Shown: positions 1-10,863, numbered from the stretch's first letter. The stretch: 64,000 bases of DNA from Minisyncoccota bacterium (GCA_041651055.1 JBAZJW010000003.1:18089-82088); one strand, 5' to 3'. The notes: generated by a model from the letters alone, not told the origin. Numbers and translations: made by a program.

Positions 1-15
1 GCTTCGAACGTTCTC

Positions 16-3000
16 GTGGATACGACCTCACCTTCATTGAATTTCACATATCCGACGACGGATAATGGCTCGTTTATCAACGTGAATTACTCGCAGGTGA
101 ATATTTCGATTACTGAGCAGAACCTTGATTCGTTCAAGTTCAACTGGAACGGGACGAATTACTCTATATATGACGACTCTCTTGTTTTGGCGTTGAACTT
201 TAACAATAATTCGGCGATAGGGGAGAATTCAACAAGGTTTGTAGATATCTCTAAGTATGAAAATAATGGTACATGCTCAGGTTCTACATGTCCTACTTAT
301 ACAAGTACAGGAAAGTTCAATGGAGCATATCAGTTTGATGGAATAGAAGATTACATAGATCTTAATCAAACTGATTTGATATGGAATTATAGCACATCAA
401 ATAGTTTATATTTCTGGATTAAAGTAAACTCATTATTTCCTGAGTTTCCAGTAATAGCAAACTTTAAGACAAGTAATAACACTGGAATAGGAATCTTCTT
501 ATATGATGGAGTTGATATCTGTTCAAATGTTGATGATATTAGAATTAGAACTGATGGAGACATAAGTGGTTCATTTGTTGGAACATGGAAGAATGTAGTA
601 ATAACATATAATGGCGTTAATAAGTCAGATACTTCTAATTATAAGATATATGTTGATGGAGTTTCACAAGTTCTTGTGTATGGGATTCCTTGGAATGCAC
701 CTTATATAAATCTTATTGGAGTTAATGAAGTAGGGGCTTCTGATGATTACTTAACTGGTTCTCTTGATGAGATAAGATTATATAGGAGAGAACTAAGTCA
801 AGAAGAGATATTATTTATGTATGAGTCTGAATTAAGTAAATATAATTCTACTGAATACAGATTCTATTCTAACATTACAAATATTTCTGAAGGTTCTTAC
901 CAATACTATGGATGGGCTAATGATAGTGCTGGGAATAGCGGAGTTAGTGAAACAAGAAGTCTTACAGTTGATATGATCTATCCACTAGTGTCGATAATAT
1001 CAGGTCCATTGAATCATAGCAGACAGACAACCAATTATACCATTATTAATTCAAGCATTAGAGAAGACAAGTTAAATAGTTCAGGAATAATACTTGATGG
1101 AGTTGACTACCCAATCTATGATGACTCCCTAGTATTAGCGATGAATTTCAACAATAATTCAGCGATAGGGGAGAATGAGACAAGAGTTGTAGATATATCA
1201 AGATATAGTAATAATTTAACACTTGGAACTAATTCAACAAATATTCCAACATATGTGAATGGAAGATATAATTACGGAATACAATTTGATGGAAGTGATG
1301 ACATAGCACAAACAATAGAACAGATTCCAGATACAAACTCAATTACAATAGAAGGTTGGTTTTGGACTTCAAACCAAAGTTATGTGCTTGGAGCAACAAG
1401 AGCAATATATACTACCCCAAATTGCTATACTAATGATTGTGGTTTTGATTTTAAGATAGGCCCTACTGGTTTTGGATTTTTAGTAGAAACTGATAACCTG
1501 ACAGAAGGATATTGCTATGCTCCTGTCGCTAATGATTCATGGCATCACTTGGTTGCGACTTATAGTTCAGGAAATATAATTTTATATGTTGATGGAGTAC
1601 TAACAAACTCAACAATGCTAGTAGGAAGCACAGGAATTGATTTTGGAAACCGTAAGATATATTTTTCTAATTTAGGGAAATATAAAGGAAAAATTGATGA
1701 AGTACGTATCTGGAACAGAGTTCTTTCAGCAGCAGAAATTGCTTTACATTATCAATCCGAGTTTAAGAAATACAATTCAACAGAGTACAGACTATGGATA
1801 AATATAACAGAACAAAGCAAAGGAAAACACGACTACAGCATCTATGCAAGTGACGACTACCTATACAATGAGACTGAGACAAGGACATACACAATATCAA
1901 CTGCTCCAGTATTAGAGTTCGAATATCCAACAGAAGACAATAGATCAGTAATTGATAGGAATTATACTGAGATAAATATATCAATAAAAGAAGAGAACTT
2001 AGATGTATTGAATGTAAACTGGAATGGAATCCAATATAATGTAACTGAAGGATTACTATTGGGACTTGACTTTGATAACAATTCAAGAATAGGAGAGAAT
2101 GACTCAACATTCGTAGACATATCGCAGTATAACAATAATGGATCATGTTCTGGAACAAGTTGCCCTACTTTTAATGCAAGTGGAAGATTCAACGGAGCAT
2201 ACCAATTTGACGGAACAGATGATTACATAGAATTAGGAAATGATAATAGCTTAGATGTTACAAGTGAATTAACTGTTGAAGGATGGATCAAAGGGAACCC
2301 ACAAGAAGGAAAAGTAATAATAGCAAAATATGATTATGGTTTATCTAAGAGAACTTACTCATTAATGTCTGGAATAGTTTCACAAGATAAATTACTGATT
2401 GTTTTATCTGATGATGGTTCTAATATAGATAAATTGTATGAGAGTAGTATCACAACATTAGATAATACATGGAAGCATATAGCTTTAACATTTAATGGTA
2501 CTGATATATCTATTTATATTAATGGAGTACTTGACAATTCACCAACTAAAACAGTGGATGATCCGATAAATGGACTATATTCTTCAGATGCTAATACAAG
2601 CATCGGAGCATATGTGTTATCTTCCGGAGTTAAAGAAGCATTCTTCAATGGTTCAATAGATAAGCTGAGAGTATATAACAAAACACTAAGCCAAGAAGAT
2701 ATATTGTTTATCTATGACTCAGAATACAGCAAATATAATACAAGTGAATACAGGTTCTATAAGAATATAAGTGGTCTAAGTTATGGAGTGTATATGCATT
2801 CTGCATGGGCGAATGATACTGCTGGAAACTATAACTCAACAGGTACAAGGAAATTAACCTGTGATCTTGACGTTGAACTGATATTCAGTGAATGGTGTTA
2901 TCAGGAATCAGCTACAGTATTCAATCAAAGTGGAATGGATGGAAGTTGTGGTCTTAGATACAATGGATCATATTCTCTTCCAACACTGTATCACCCGATC

Positions 3001-5595
3001 AATATCGTAGATGGTAATGATTCGACAAGCGCTACTGGAAGCTATCTATATGTCAATTACACCAAACCAGATAATTCTGTTAATACAAGTTTATGGAGAG
3101 TTAAAGCAGTGTTTGAGGAATCAGCTGAGATAAGGAATCTATCAATACCTTATCCCTGTTGGAATTACTCTGAAGTTACATTAAATCTAAGAGCTTATGC
3201 GTGTGGATTCGATTGGTATTCATGTTCTTCAGAGGATGATGATTCAGTAGGGTTCTCCTGTTGGAATGGAAGCAGTTGGCAGAACATATACAATCATAGC
3301 AATGTTTCAGTCCAATATTCTATGTATGAGGAAGGGATGTGGTGGAATATAAGCGAGGAAAAGTATTCTTTTTACTCATGGAATGGAAACAAGTGGATAT
3401 ATGATATGGAACCTTTGATAAGGGTTAATTGGAGCTGTCCAAGAGGGAAGAACTACTGCACTCCAAGATATCAGAATAGCAGTCAGGGAGTTATGATGAT
3501 ATATAATAAGAGAAACATGAGTGGAGCATATATGAGACTCAATCAAACATCTGATTATATTACTGTATTCTGCGGAAACAACGCATCATATACTTCTGAT
3601 TATGTTAGAACCATTAATACTGATTGGAAGAAGGTATGCGATCTTGACATATATGAGAATTGTACCTTGTGGTGTTGGGTTAACAACTCACTTAACTCTT
3701 CTTTGTATGGTTATTCTTCTTTTTTGTTTGATATGAACTTCTCTAATTTCCCTACGATATACTTTGAAGAACCAACTGAAGACAATGGCACATATATCTC
3801 TGAGAACCATACCAAGATAGTGTTGTATTCTTCTTTTACTGATGAGGATGCTGCTTCTAATATTTCATTCAATTGGAATGATGAGATTAATATGAGTATA
3901 TTTGATGATTCTCTTGTTCTAAGTTTGAACTTCGACAATAACTCATATATCGGGGAGAATTCTATTACTGCTAAAGACACATCAAAATATAATGCAACAA
4001 TAACACATTCACTTCAATCTATAGAAGGTAAATTTGGAAAAGCATTAAACTATACTGGAAGTTCGGGTACTGGAATAGCTGGTTCTCCTTATGACATATA
4101 TGATACTCCACAATTCACTTTGGAAGCATGGATATACCAGTTAAACAGGACTGGAACAGTTGCAAATAAAGGGATTGTTGCAGGTAGAAGTTTTCGATGG
4201 CCATACTGTATGTATATATCAAATACAGGATATATTGTTAGTGGATTAACTTGGTCAGATGATAATACAGAGTATACTACAGTCAGCAATAATATAATTC
4301 CTCTCAATACATGGACACATGTTGCATTATCTTATAATGGTAGCCACGTAATTACCTGGATAAACGGAGTATTTGATAAATCTACTGCAAAAAACAAAGA
4401 CTTGAAACTTGGAACAAATAACAATTTCAAGATAGGTTATTTGGATACTACGAACTACTTTAACGGAACAATAGATGAAGTTAGATTATATAATAGAAGT
4501 CTTTCAAATGAAGAGATAAGATTACACTACTTAATTAACTTAAAGTATAAACTGCCAAATGAATATGAGATAACCATGAATATAACAAACCTAACAGATG
4601 GAGAATACCACTACCAAGGATGGTCCCAGAATAGCGAGGGACATGGGGCTGAAACAGAAAGAAGAACACTATATGTCAATAAAGAAGCTCCAGTGTTGAC
4701 CTTCCAAGACCCTACCCCCATAGATGAGGAATCTTTAACCAATAATTGGGTAGATATCAATGTAAGTATATCGGATGTTGCTAGGAATACTTTTGGAGTA
4801 ACATGGGGATCAACCAACTGCTCAATAGACGATACCTATCTTAAATTAGCTTTAAACTTCAACAATAACTCAGAGATAGGAGACAACTCAACATATTCAG
4901 TGGATATATCAAGATATGAGAACAATGGAGTAATATCTAATGGAAGCTATGTTGAAGGAAAGTTTGGACTTGGATTAAACTTCAATACTTCATCAAGAAT
5001 AACAATACAAGATATGAGTAACATATCCAAGAGCTATACAATAATGCATTGGCTTAAACCTAACCCAACATCATACAATTATCCTCCAATATTATACAAG
5101 AAATCAGGTAATAATGGATTCCTTGAATACTTTAGAAAGGCTACAAATGAGGTAAGACTAGTCATGTATAACTCATCTGGAACCAATTTTGAATGCCAAC
5201 AAACAAGCGACTACTGGATCAACACATGGAAACAAGTAGTGTGGACATATTCCAATTATAGCGGAGAGACAAAGTTATACCTTGACGGAACACTATCAAA
5301 GACATGCACAAACCAAAAAGACATAATAACGAACAGTGCGGACCTATTGATCGGATCAGATGGAACATACGGATACAATGGAACAATAGACGAGTTAAGG
5401 ATATATAGTAGAGTGTTGTCAGCAGAGGAAATAGCAATACAATATAAATCAGAATACACAAGATATAATGACAGTACTTATAGATTCATAACTAATATGA
5501 GCGCTGGAACAGGAACACAGAAGTTCTCAGCGTGGGCCAAAGACAACATGAACAACTATGGGACAACAGAGATTAGAACAGTATATATCAATTGA
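16..5595 (+). CDS. giant multi-LamG (concanavalin A-like jelly-roll) repeat surface/fibre adhesin; 5' end truncated by window edge
   Basis: 1859-codon ORF open to nt 1 (no upstream stop). Five ~200-aa units begin with DDSLVL.LNF.NNS.IGENST..VDIS.Y.NNG. Each ends in the LamG hallmark [IL]DE[VIL]R[ILV][YW][NR][RK].LS.EEI..[HMI]Y (LDEIRLYRRELSQEEI, IDEVRIWNRVLSAAEI, IDKLRVYNKTLSQEDI, IDEVRLYNRSLSNEEI, IDELRIYSRVLSAEEI). Very high density of N-x-S/T sequons. Cys/Trp-rich central insert (aa ~950-1240). Confidence 0.6.
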   Translation: MDTTSPSLNFTYPTTDNGSFINVNYSQVNISITEQNLDSFKFNWNGTNYSIYDDSLVLALNFNNNSAIGENSTRFVDISKYENNGTCSGSTCPTYTSTGKFNGAYQFDGIEDYIDLNQTDLIWNYSTSNSLYFWIKVNSLFPEFPVIANFKTSNNTGIGIFLYDGVDICSNVDDIRIRTDGDISGSFVGTWKNVVITYNGVNKSDTSNYKIYVDGVSQVLVYGIPWNAPYINLIGVNEVGASDDYLTGSLDEIRLYRRELSQEEILFMYESELSKYNSTEYRFYSNITNISEGSYQYYGWANDSAGNSGVSETRSLTVDMIYPLVSIISGPLNHSRQTTNYTIINSSIREDKLNSSGIILDGVDYPIYDDSLVLAMNFNNNSAIGENETRVVDISRYSNNLTLGTNSTNIPTYVNGRYNYGIQFDGSDDIAQTIEQIPDTNSITIEGWFWTSNQSYVLGATRAIYTTPNCYTNDCGFDFKIGPTGFGFLVETDNLTEGYCYAPVANDSWHHLVATYSSGNIILYVDGVLTNSTMLVGSTGIDFGNRKIYFSNLGKYKGKIDEVRIWNRVLSAAEIALHYQSEFKKYNSTEYRLWINITEQSKGKHDYSIYASDDYLYNETETRTYTISTAPVLEFEYPTEDNRSVIDRNYTEINISIKEENLDVLNVNWNGIQYNVTEGLLLGLDFDNNSRIGENDSTFVDISQYNNNGSCSGTSCPTFNASGRFNGAYQFDGTDDYIELGNDNSLDVTSELTVEGWIKGNPQEGKVIIAKYDYGLSKRTYSLMSGIVSQDKLLIVLSDDGSNIDKLYESSITTLDNTWKHIALTFNGTDISIYINGVLDNSPTKTVDDPINGLYSSDANTSIGAYVLSSGVKEAFFNGSIDKLRVYNKTLSQEDILFIYDSEYSKYNTSEYRFYKNISGLSYGVYMHSAWANDTAGNYNSTGTRKLTCDLDVELIFSEWCYQESATVFNQSGMDGSCGLRYNGSYSLPTLYHPINIVDGNDSTSATGSYLYVNYTKPDNSVNTSLWRVKAVFEESAEIRNLSIPYPCWNYSEVTLNLRAYACGFDWYSCSSEDDDSVGFSCWNGSSWQNIYNHSNVSVQYSMYEEGMWWNISEEKYSFYSWNGNKWIYDMEPLIRVNWSCPRGKNYCTPRYQNSSQGVMMIYNKRNMSGAYMRLNQTSDYITVFCGNNASYTSDYVRTINTDWKKVCDLDIYENCTLWCWVNNSLNSSLYGYSSFLFDMNFSNFPTIYFEEPTEDNGTYISENHTKIVLYSSFTDEDAASNISFNWNDEINMSIFDDSLVLSLNFDNNSYIGENSITAKDTSKYNATITHSLQSIEGKFGKALNYTGSSGTGIAGSPYDIYDTPQFTLEAWIYQLNRTGTVANKGIVAGRSFRWPYCMYISNTGYIVSGLTWSDDNTEYTTVSNNIIPLNTWTHVALSYNGSHVITWINGVFDKSTAKNKDLKLGTNNNFKIGYLDTTNYFNGTIDEVRLYNRSLSNEEIRLHYLINLKYKLPNEYEITMNITNLTDGEYHYQGWSQNSEGHGAETERRTLYVNKEAPVLTFQDPTPIDEESLTNNWVDINVSISDVARNTFGVTWGSTNCSIDDTYLKLALNFNNNSEIGDNSTYSVDISRYENNGVISNGSYVEGKFGLGLNFNTSSRITIQDMSNISKSYTIMHWLKPNPTSYNYPPILYKKSGNNGFLEYFRKATNEVRLVMYNSSGTNFECQQTSDYWINTWKQVVWTYSNYSGETKLYLDGTLSKTCTNQKDIITNSADLLIGSDGTYGYNGTIDELRIYSRVLSAEEIAIQYKSEYTRYNDSTYRFITNMSAGTGTQKFSAWAKDNMNNYGTTEIRTVYIN

Positions 5596-5614
5596 ATAAG
5601 AAGAGAGGAATAGA

Positions 5615-7327
5615 ATGGTAGATGTAAAAGAGATTGGAGGAAGCGTATGGACCTCTATGGGGATACCTGATGAATTCTCAGTATACATAAATAAGAAGGA
5701 TTATACTGCTCATACTGTGTCATGGAGTCTGACAAAGAAACTAAATGAGATAACAACATTTAAGGCATCACTGCTTGGAATAGATGATGATGAGAAACTG
5801 GATGTGGCTAAAGGAGAAGACATCAACATACTATTCGATGACGGAATAATAATGCAGGGATCAATAGAAAGAGTAACCTATACAACAGATTATAAGACAG
5901 AAGTAGAAGGATATGGGGATGAAGGGAAGATGCTTAAGAAGATAATCCCCGTATGCTGCGAACTATACACTGATTATAAGACTGCAATATATCATATATG
6001 TTCCGAGAATGGGGATGGGATTGAACCATTTTATCTTACCCCTGCACCAAACATAGAAGACCTTGGAATAGTCATAGCTACAATAAAGTATAAGAGCAAA
6101 CTTGAAGCAATATCCGACCTTTGCAAGGTAACGGGGAGAGAATGGTGGGTTGAGACCGATTATGACACATGGATCAGCTACTTATACATGGCATACTTCA
6201 AAGGAAGCGAAGACTCAGTTATAACATTCACCGCAGATGGAACCGCTCCAAACTGCACTGTAATAAGCTACAAACAAGATATTGAGAACTTATGTAACTC
6301 AGTCTATTATACTGGAACAATAAATTCAGTTGAGACCACTGCAAGAATAACTGACTCTTATAGGGTTACTGGTTTGAATTGGGGGGACAAATACACTGGT
6401 CTAACAGTTGACAGCAACTTATATGAGGCAATGGATGATTCACAGACTATTATGAAGTGCAAGAAGAGCGCTAGAACAGCCAATGCAAGGTTTGAAGGTA
6501 GGTATGTAAGCATTGGAAGCGATGAAGTAGCCCTGGTGTCAAGCTTCATAGACATGGGAGACTACTACCAATATGAGATTGTAAGGGATGTGTTACCTGG
6601 TTACCCGGCATCAACCCACCCCATAAGAACAGAGGTGTGTCTTGCTGCAGGAGGTCCAGGAGCGGATGCTTATGTCATTGTATCCGGGAGTGATGAGGAC
6701 TTGGCTGCTTTACCTGCTGTCGGAGTGTTAAAGATAGGATCACAGGATTATATCATATCATCAACCACCACAACTGAAGAGGATGAGGAAGGAAATATGG
6801 TTGGATTGATAAAGATGGAGTCCAGAGGATACCTCGATGAATCCCTGTATACTGAATTACCTTTCAGTCCTGAGATAACCGGTCTACCATACAAACACAG
6901 TGAAGGATCCCTCATATTCTATTGGTATGATATGGCGGTGGCGATATATAACCCAACCCATCCATACAGTGGATCATCTGTAGCCCTTGATGGATTATCA
7001 GAGAAATGGTACTCAGATACTTCAATAGATACATTGGACGGATTGGATCAAGCAGCATATAGTAAGCTGAACACTGAGACAATGAAGACAATAACAATAG
7101 AAGTATGCGACCCATATGAGATATTCCCATTGATAAGGATCGGAGATGTAGTATCATTCAACGATTCAGAGACTACTTTAACAGGAGACTACAGGGTGTT
7201 AGGATATACTCTTGGAATGGATCAAGGACAAATATCTCTTAAATACACAATTAGTCAAAACTATGTGACATGTATTGATGACCTTGCAAAGACAACAAAA
7301 GATGTCAAGAACCTAACACTACATTAA
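5615..7327 (+). CDS. hypothetical virion-associated protein (570 aa)
   Basis: long ORF 20 nt downstream of and co-oriented with the adhesin gene; no motif recognised. Confidence 0.45.
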   Translation: MVDVKEIGGSVWTSMGIPDEFSVYINKKDYTAHTVSWSLTKKLNEITTFKASLLGIDDDEKLDVAKGEDINILFDDGIIMQGSIERVTYTTDYKTEVEGYGDEGKMLKKIIPVCCELYTDYKTAIYHICSENGDGIEPFYLTPAPNIEDLGIVIATIKYKSKLEAISDLCKVTGREWWVETDYDTWISYLYMAYFKGSEDSVITFTADGTAPNCTVISYKQDIENLCNSVYYTGTINSVETTARITDSYRVTGLNWGDKYTGLTVDSNLYEAMDDSQTIMKCKKSARTANARFEGRYVSIGSDEVALVSSFIDMGDYYQYEIVRDVLPGYPASTHPIRTEVCLAAGGPGADAYVIVSGSDEDLAALPAVGVLKIGSQDYIISSTTTTEEDEEGNMVGLIKMESRGYLDESLYTELPFSPEITGLPYKHSEGSLIFYWYDMAVAIYNPTHPYSGSSVALDGLSEKWYSDTSIDTLDGLDQAAYSKLNTETMKTITIEVCDPYEIFPLIRIGDVVSFNDSETTLTGDYRVLGYTLGMDQGQISLKYTISQNYVTCIDDLAKTTKDVKNLTLH

Positions 7328-7329
7328 CT

Positions 7330-7425
7330 TATTGCAGTAATATACAATAATACTTCAATAATACTGCAGTAATATATAATAACACCGCAGTATTATTCAA
7401 TACTACTGCAGTATTATTCAATAAG
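7330..7425. repeat. four direct copies of ~16-nt motif GCAGTAWTATWYAATA in intergenic spacer
   Basis: ttgcagtaatatacaataa / ctgcagtaatatataataa / cgcagtattattcaata / ctgcagtattattcaata at 7332-7350, 7364-7382, 7387-7402, 7408-7423; AT-rich, between two + strand genes. Confidence 0.55.
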
Positions 7426-7497
7426 TATAGTAGTATATATAGATGTTTGACTATTAAATAATAAATAAAATAATCAAATAAGATCAACACAAACAAA

Positions 7498-8808
7498 ATG
7501 ACAATAATGAAGAATGGAACAATAGTAGAAGATAGAAAACTAACACAAAAAGAAAGATTCGACCTACAACTACTTGAAAGCATAAGATCAATAAGTCCAA
7601 ACTGCATAGGAATAGCCAAAGGAACAAAGATAACAGAAGGAAAAGACACTGGGATGCCAGCATACAAGCTATTCGTAAAGAAGAAACTACCAATAGAAAA
7701 GATACCAACAGGAGAAATGCTTCCAAAAGTGCTTGGAACACAAGATGAAAGACTACCAACAGACGTACAAGAACTAGGAGAGATCTATATAACATCAATG
7801 CTCAAAACCAAAAGAAGCAATAAACAGAAGATAAAGAACATAATACAAAGAATACAAGGAATAAGCAGGACAGACAAGGCAAGACCCTTCAAGATGGGAA
7901 CCAGCGGAGGATGCTGGGACACCACCGCGTTAACCAATGGGATGACCTTCAAACACATAGAATCAGGGAAGAAGGTCATATTCACCAACGGACACGGATC
8001 AGGATGCGACCTAAGAGACGAGATGCCCCTATCAACAGAGAAAAGATACCTACAACCAGGACCAGTAGACGGAGGACAACAAGAAGGAAACGTAGTAGGG
8101 GAGAGACTAAACCTGGTAAGATACAAGGACGGGAAAGGATGGAATGACGGGATGACGGTCATGGTATCCTCGGAAGACTACCTGGATGAGGAGTTGTATG
8201 AATTAGGCAGGGTAGTTGGAGTTGATACGCTGGTGGTCGGGGATAAGGTATTCAAGTCAGGTAGGACGACAGGAAAGACCGAAGGAAACTGCACATCTCT
8301 CAACGCAACAATATCAGTAAACTATGGAAACTACTCCATAACACACCTTGGATGCATACTATTCACAGGGATGAGCGCAGGAGGAGACAGCGGATCAGTG
8401 ATAGTAAAGATCAGGGAAGGTAAGATATATGTGGTAGCCTACCTATTCGCAGGGAATGAATCAGTGACAGTAGCCCATGAAATACAGAACATGATGAGCA
8501 TATTCGGATTAGCCCTAACACAGACAGAAGAACCAAACGATCCAATGGAGAATACTTACACAATGAATGTGGAAATGGAAAAAGAAACAAATGAGACACC
8601 ACAAACATGGACAGTAAAAGGAGTCATAACAGATAAGACAACAAAACAACCAATAAACGGTGTCAATGTAAAGATAGGAGAGATAAACTGCAACACAGGA
8701 TTGGATGGATCATATGCGGTTAAAGGACTCATAAAAGGGACATATAATACGCTGTTCTCAATGAGCGGATACAAGCAGATAAACGGATCAATAGTTCTTG
8801 GAGGATAA
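7498..8808 (+). CDS. trypsin-like serine protease domain protein with C-terminal CarboxypepD_reg-like beta-sandwich
   Basis: MSAGGDSGSVIV resembles the chymotrypsin-family GDSGGP catalytic-serine motif; C-terminal TWTVKGVITDKTTKQPINGVNVKIGE...DGSYAV is a carboxypeptidase-regulatory-like fold signature. Confidence 0.45.
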   Translation: MTIMKNGTIVEDRKLTQKERFDLQLLESIRSISPNCIGIAKGTKITEGKDTGMPAYKLFVKKKLPIEKIPTGEMLPKVLGTQDERLPTDVQELGEIYITSMLKTKRSNKQKIKNIIQRIQGISRTDKARPFKMGTSGGCWDTTALTNGMTFKHIESGKKVIFTNGHGSGCDLRDEMPLSTEKRYLQPGPVDGGQQEGNVVGERLNLVRYKDGKGWNDGMTVMVSSEDYLDEELYELGRVVGVDTLVVGDKVFKSGRTTGKTEGNCTSLNATISVNYGNYSITHLGCILFTGMSAGGDSGSVIVKIREGKIYVVAYLFAGNESVTVAHEIQNMMSIFGLALTQTEEPNDPMENTYTMNVEMEKETNETPQTWTVKGVITDKTTKQPINGVNVKIGEINCNTGLDGSYAVKGLIKGTYNTLFSMSGYKQINGSIVLGG

Positions 8809-8819
8809 ATACAGAGTAA

Positions 8820-9434
8820 ATGGACAAAGAAGACATAGGAGAAGAACCGGAAGAGCAAGCACCAGAGATCCAACAAGAAGAATATAATGTGAGGAAACCA
8901 GGGAGAAAGAAAGGATCAACCAATAAAGGAGTAAGGAAAGTATTATGGGACAATCTTCCAATGAATATACAACTGGAGATATGGAAGATGAAAACAGACG
9001 GGGCAAGCATAGCAAAGATCTGTAAATACGTCCACGACCAATACCCAAAGTATACTGCAAGCGAGAAATCAGCAACTAAATTCTTCAACTACCGGAAAGA
9101 GATACTATCAACAGAAGTAGTAAACTCCAAGACCTACCAAGACTCAATAGTTGAAACCTTCTCAGAGATGTGCAAAGACATGAACGTAGTGAGTAAACTG
9201 CTCGTGGAAAGAGCGAAAGAAGAAGCGATAGGGGGTAAAACAGAGGATCTAACTGATGCTGCAGGAGAATTTCTGAACTTCTTCAAAGCACACGGAGACC
9301 TCTTAGAGAAGACTGGAAGACCAGATAGCAATCTGAAACCAGTGAATACAGTACAAGAATTGAAGGACACAGTGAGTGGAATAAAGATAAAGAAGATAAA
9401 CCAGGAAGTAAAAGAAGAAGAGCCGAGCATTTGA
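8820..9434 (+). CDS. hypothetical K/E-rich protein (204 aa), last gene of + strand block
   Basis: ORF starting 12 nt after protease stop; charged, no motif. Confidence 0.4.
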   Translation: MDKEDIGEEPEEQAPEIQQEEYNVRKPGRKKGSTNKGVRKVLWDNLPMNIQLEIWKMKTDGASIAKICKYVHDQYPKYTASEKSATKFFNYRKEILSTEVVNSKTYQDSIVETFSEMCKDMNVVSKLLVERAKEEAIGGKTEDLTDAAGEFLNFFKAHGDLLEKTGRPDSNLKPVNTVQELKDTVSGIKIKKINQEVKEEEPSI

Positions 9435-9500
9435 TCATTTAATCAATCAAGCCAATGCAAACAAAGTAAGTAGAACTCTTACTACTTATTAATATCCTAA

Positions 9501-9773
9501 TCACTTCAATTGACCAACATTACCAGAAGGACTTTTACCAACTTCCTTACATATCTGTCTTGGAGTCTTATGCAATGATTCCTCAAAGTCCAACGTATCT
9601 CCTAAACACTTGAATCTATAATTCATCATGCGTTTACAGTAGACACATCTTATTGGAGAATCACTTAGAGGAATACTATATGAGTCTCCGCATTTTGGAC
9701 ACACTGCTTCCTTCAAATAATATTTTCCTCCTCTTATCCCTATCATATCACTTACTTTCCTCATATGAATCAC
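9501..9773 (-). CDS. zinc-ribbon protein
   Basis: CPKCG...CVYCK four-Cys pattern; first gene of convergent - strand array. Confidence 0.4.
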   Translation of the reverse strand: MIHMRKVSDMIGIRGGKYYLKEAVCPKCGDSYSIPLSDSPIRCVYCKRMMNYRFKCLGDTLDFEESLHKTPRQICKEVGKSPSGNVGQLK

Positions 9774-10042
9774 TTCCTAGAGGTGAATCCTTCCTCCTCG
9801 GTATACTTAAGATCCTTATAGGTGTTTTGTTTGATTGGTGGTTCCTTAGTCATATTATATCCTGTAATACAGAAAAACCAACCTAAAGCTACAAATACTA
9901 TGACATGTAATATATAATCTCTTGGAACGTATGAGACAAGTGTTGCAGCCCCAATCATAGTAGACACTAAGAATGTTATTAGAACAGTAGTGAGGAATAC
10001 TGAGATTACTCCATTTATTATTGCTTTATAAAATCGCTTCAT
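9770..10042 (-). CDS. small membrane protein
   Basis: two hydrophobic helices; 4-nt overlap with neighbours. Confidence 0.35.
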   Translation of the reverse strand: MKRFYKAIINGVISVFLTTVLITFLVSTMIGAATLVSYVPRDYILHVIVFVALGWFFCITGYNMTKEPPIKQNTYKDLKYTEEEGFTSRK

Positions 10043-10296
10043 TTTGACAACTCCATTACCTCATTAGTTTCTTTGTTTATGATGTCCTCATCATCTAATA
10101 ACAAGATTAAGGATATTCTTGTTGGATTTTTCCATAACTCCCTTAACCAATCCCTTTGTTTTAGAGCTGCTTCAAGAGTTGGAAACCAGGATGAATTCAA
10201 TCTGCCATCAAGAGATATCCATTGAACTCCAAAGTTAAGATTTCCTCTCTCCTCTTTTATTTTTAATGTATGTTCGGTTACTGTTTTTGAATTCAC
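10039..10296 (-). CDS. hypothetical protein, paralog of 10860..11075
   Basis: shares (L)NFGVQWISLDGRLNS.W.PTL..A..QRDWLR.LW...RISL with the 71-aa ORF at 10860..11075. Confidence 0.5.
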   Translation of the reverse strand: MNSKTVTEHTLKIKEERGNLNFGVQWISLDGRLNSSWFPTLEAALKQRDWLRELWKNPTRISLILLLDDEDIINKETNEVMELSK

Positions 10297-10565
10297 TGTA
10301 ATACCTTCAGGAATAATTTGTAAAATTCTTCAGGAGATGGAGCTAAAGTGATATATTCAACAAATCCATCAACCAATAAGGTAGGGATAGTTGCCACATT
10401 CTTCATCAATGCCTCAGTATAGTCTTCAGATGTTACGATCATCTTCAACTCATAATCCTTCCCCTCAACCGCTCCAGTTCTTTTAGCCGATTCCAACAAC
10501 TCTTTCTCGAATATCTTGCAATTGGGGCAGTTCTCAGATTTATATAATACTATTCTTGGGTTCAT
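10293..10565 (-). CDS. glutaredoxin/thioredoxin-fold protein
   Basis: VLYKSENCPNCK (CxxC active site after beta1) and TIPTLLVDG motif typical of glutaredoxin/NrdH-like. Confidence 0.55.
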   Translation of the reverse strand: MNPRIVLYKSENCPNCKIFEKELLESAKRTGAVEGKDYELKMIVTSEDYTEALMKNVATIPTLLVDGFVEYITLAPSPEEFYKLFLKVLQ

Positions 10566-10863
10566 TTTCTTTTACAATAAGTGAATCATCTATTGTTATA
10601 TCCGAGGCAATAATTGAATTATTCCCAATCCTTTCAACTGATACTCCCGAGATATCAACTGGTAGATTCAATTTAAGGTCTTTTACAGTTGTTAAATTTA
10701 CTGTAGCTGAGATCAGTGGTCTCTTGAACATGGAATCATCTATGTTGAATTCCAGAGCAATAGCAATCTCATCTCTTTTCAAATTGCTTGGAATGCTCTT
10801 TCCAGTTGTCAATATACGTGCATGTCCCTTACTATCAAGGATCATATACTTCTTAATTTTCAT
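10540..10863 (-). CDS. hypothetical protein (107 aa)
   Basis: ORF between the two paralogs. Confidence 0.35.
   Translation of the reverse strand: MKIKKYMILDSKGHARILTTGKSIPSNLKRDEIAIALEFNIDDSMFKRPLISATVNLTTVKDLKLNLPVDISGVSVERIGNNSIIASDITIDDSLIVKENEPKNSII

Noticed and set aside
1763-5461. Seven - strand ORFs of 67-131 aa inside the adhesin gene (1763..2158, 1962..2192, 3711..3980, 4089..4307, 4611..4817, 5219..5461, 5256..5459)
   Set aside because: All are antisense to a 1859-codon ORF with clear domain repeats. They are low-complexity and lack start context, so they are spurious.
7329-8162. - strand ORFs 7329..7667, 7484..7798, 7785..8162 and + strand 7911..8147
   Set aside because: They overlap the repeat spacer and the protease gene, with hydrophobic or Arg-rich low-complexity translations. 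The protease frame carries the catalytic motif.
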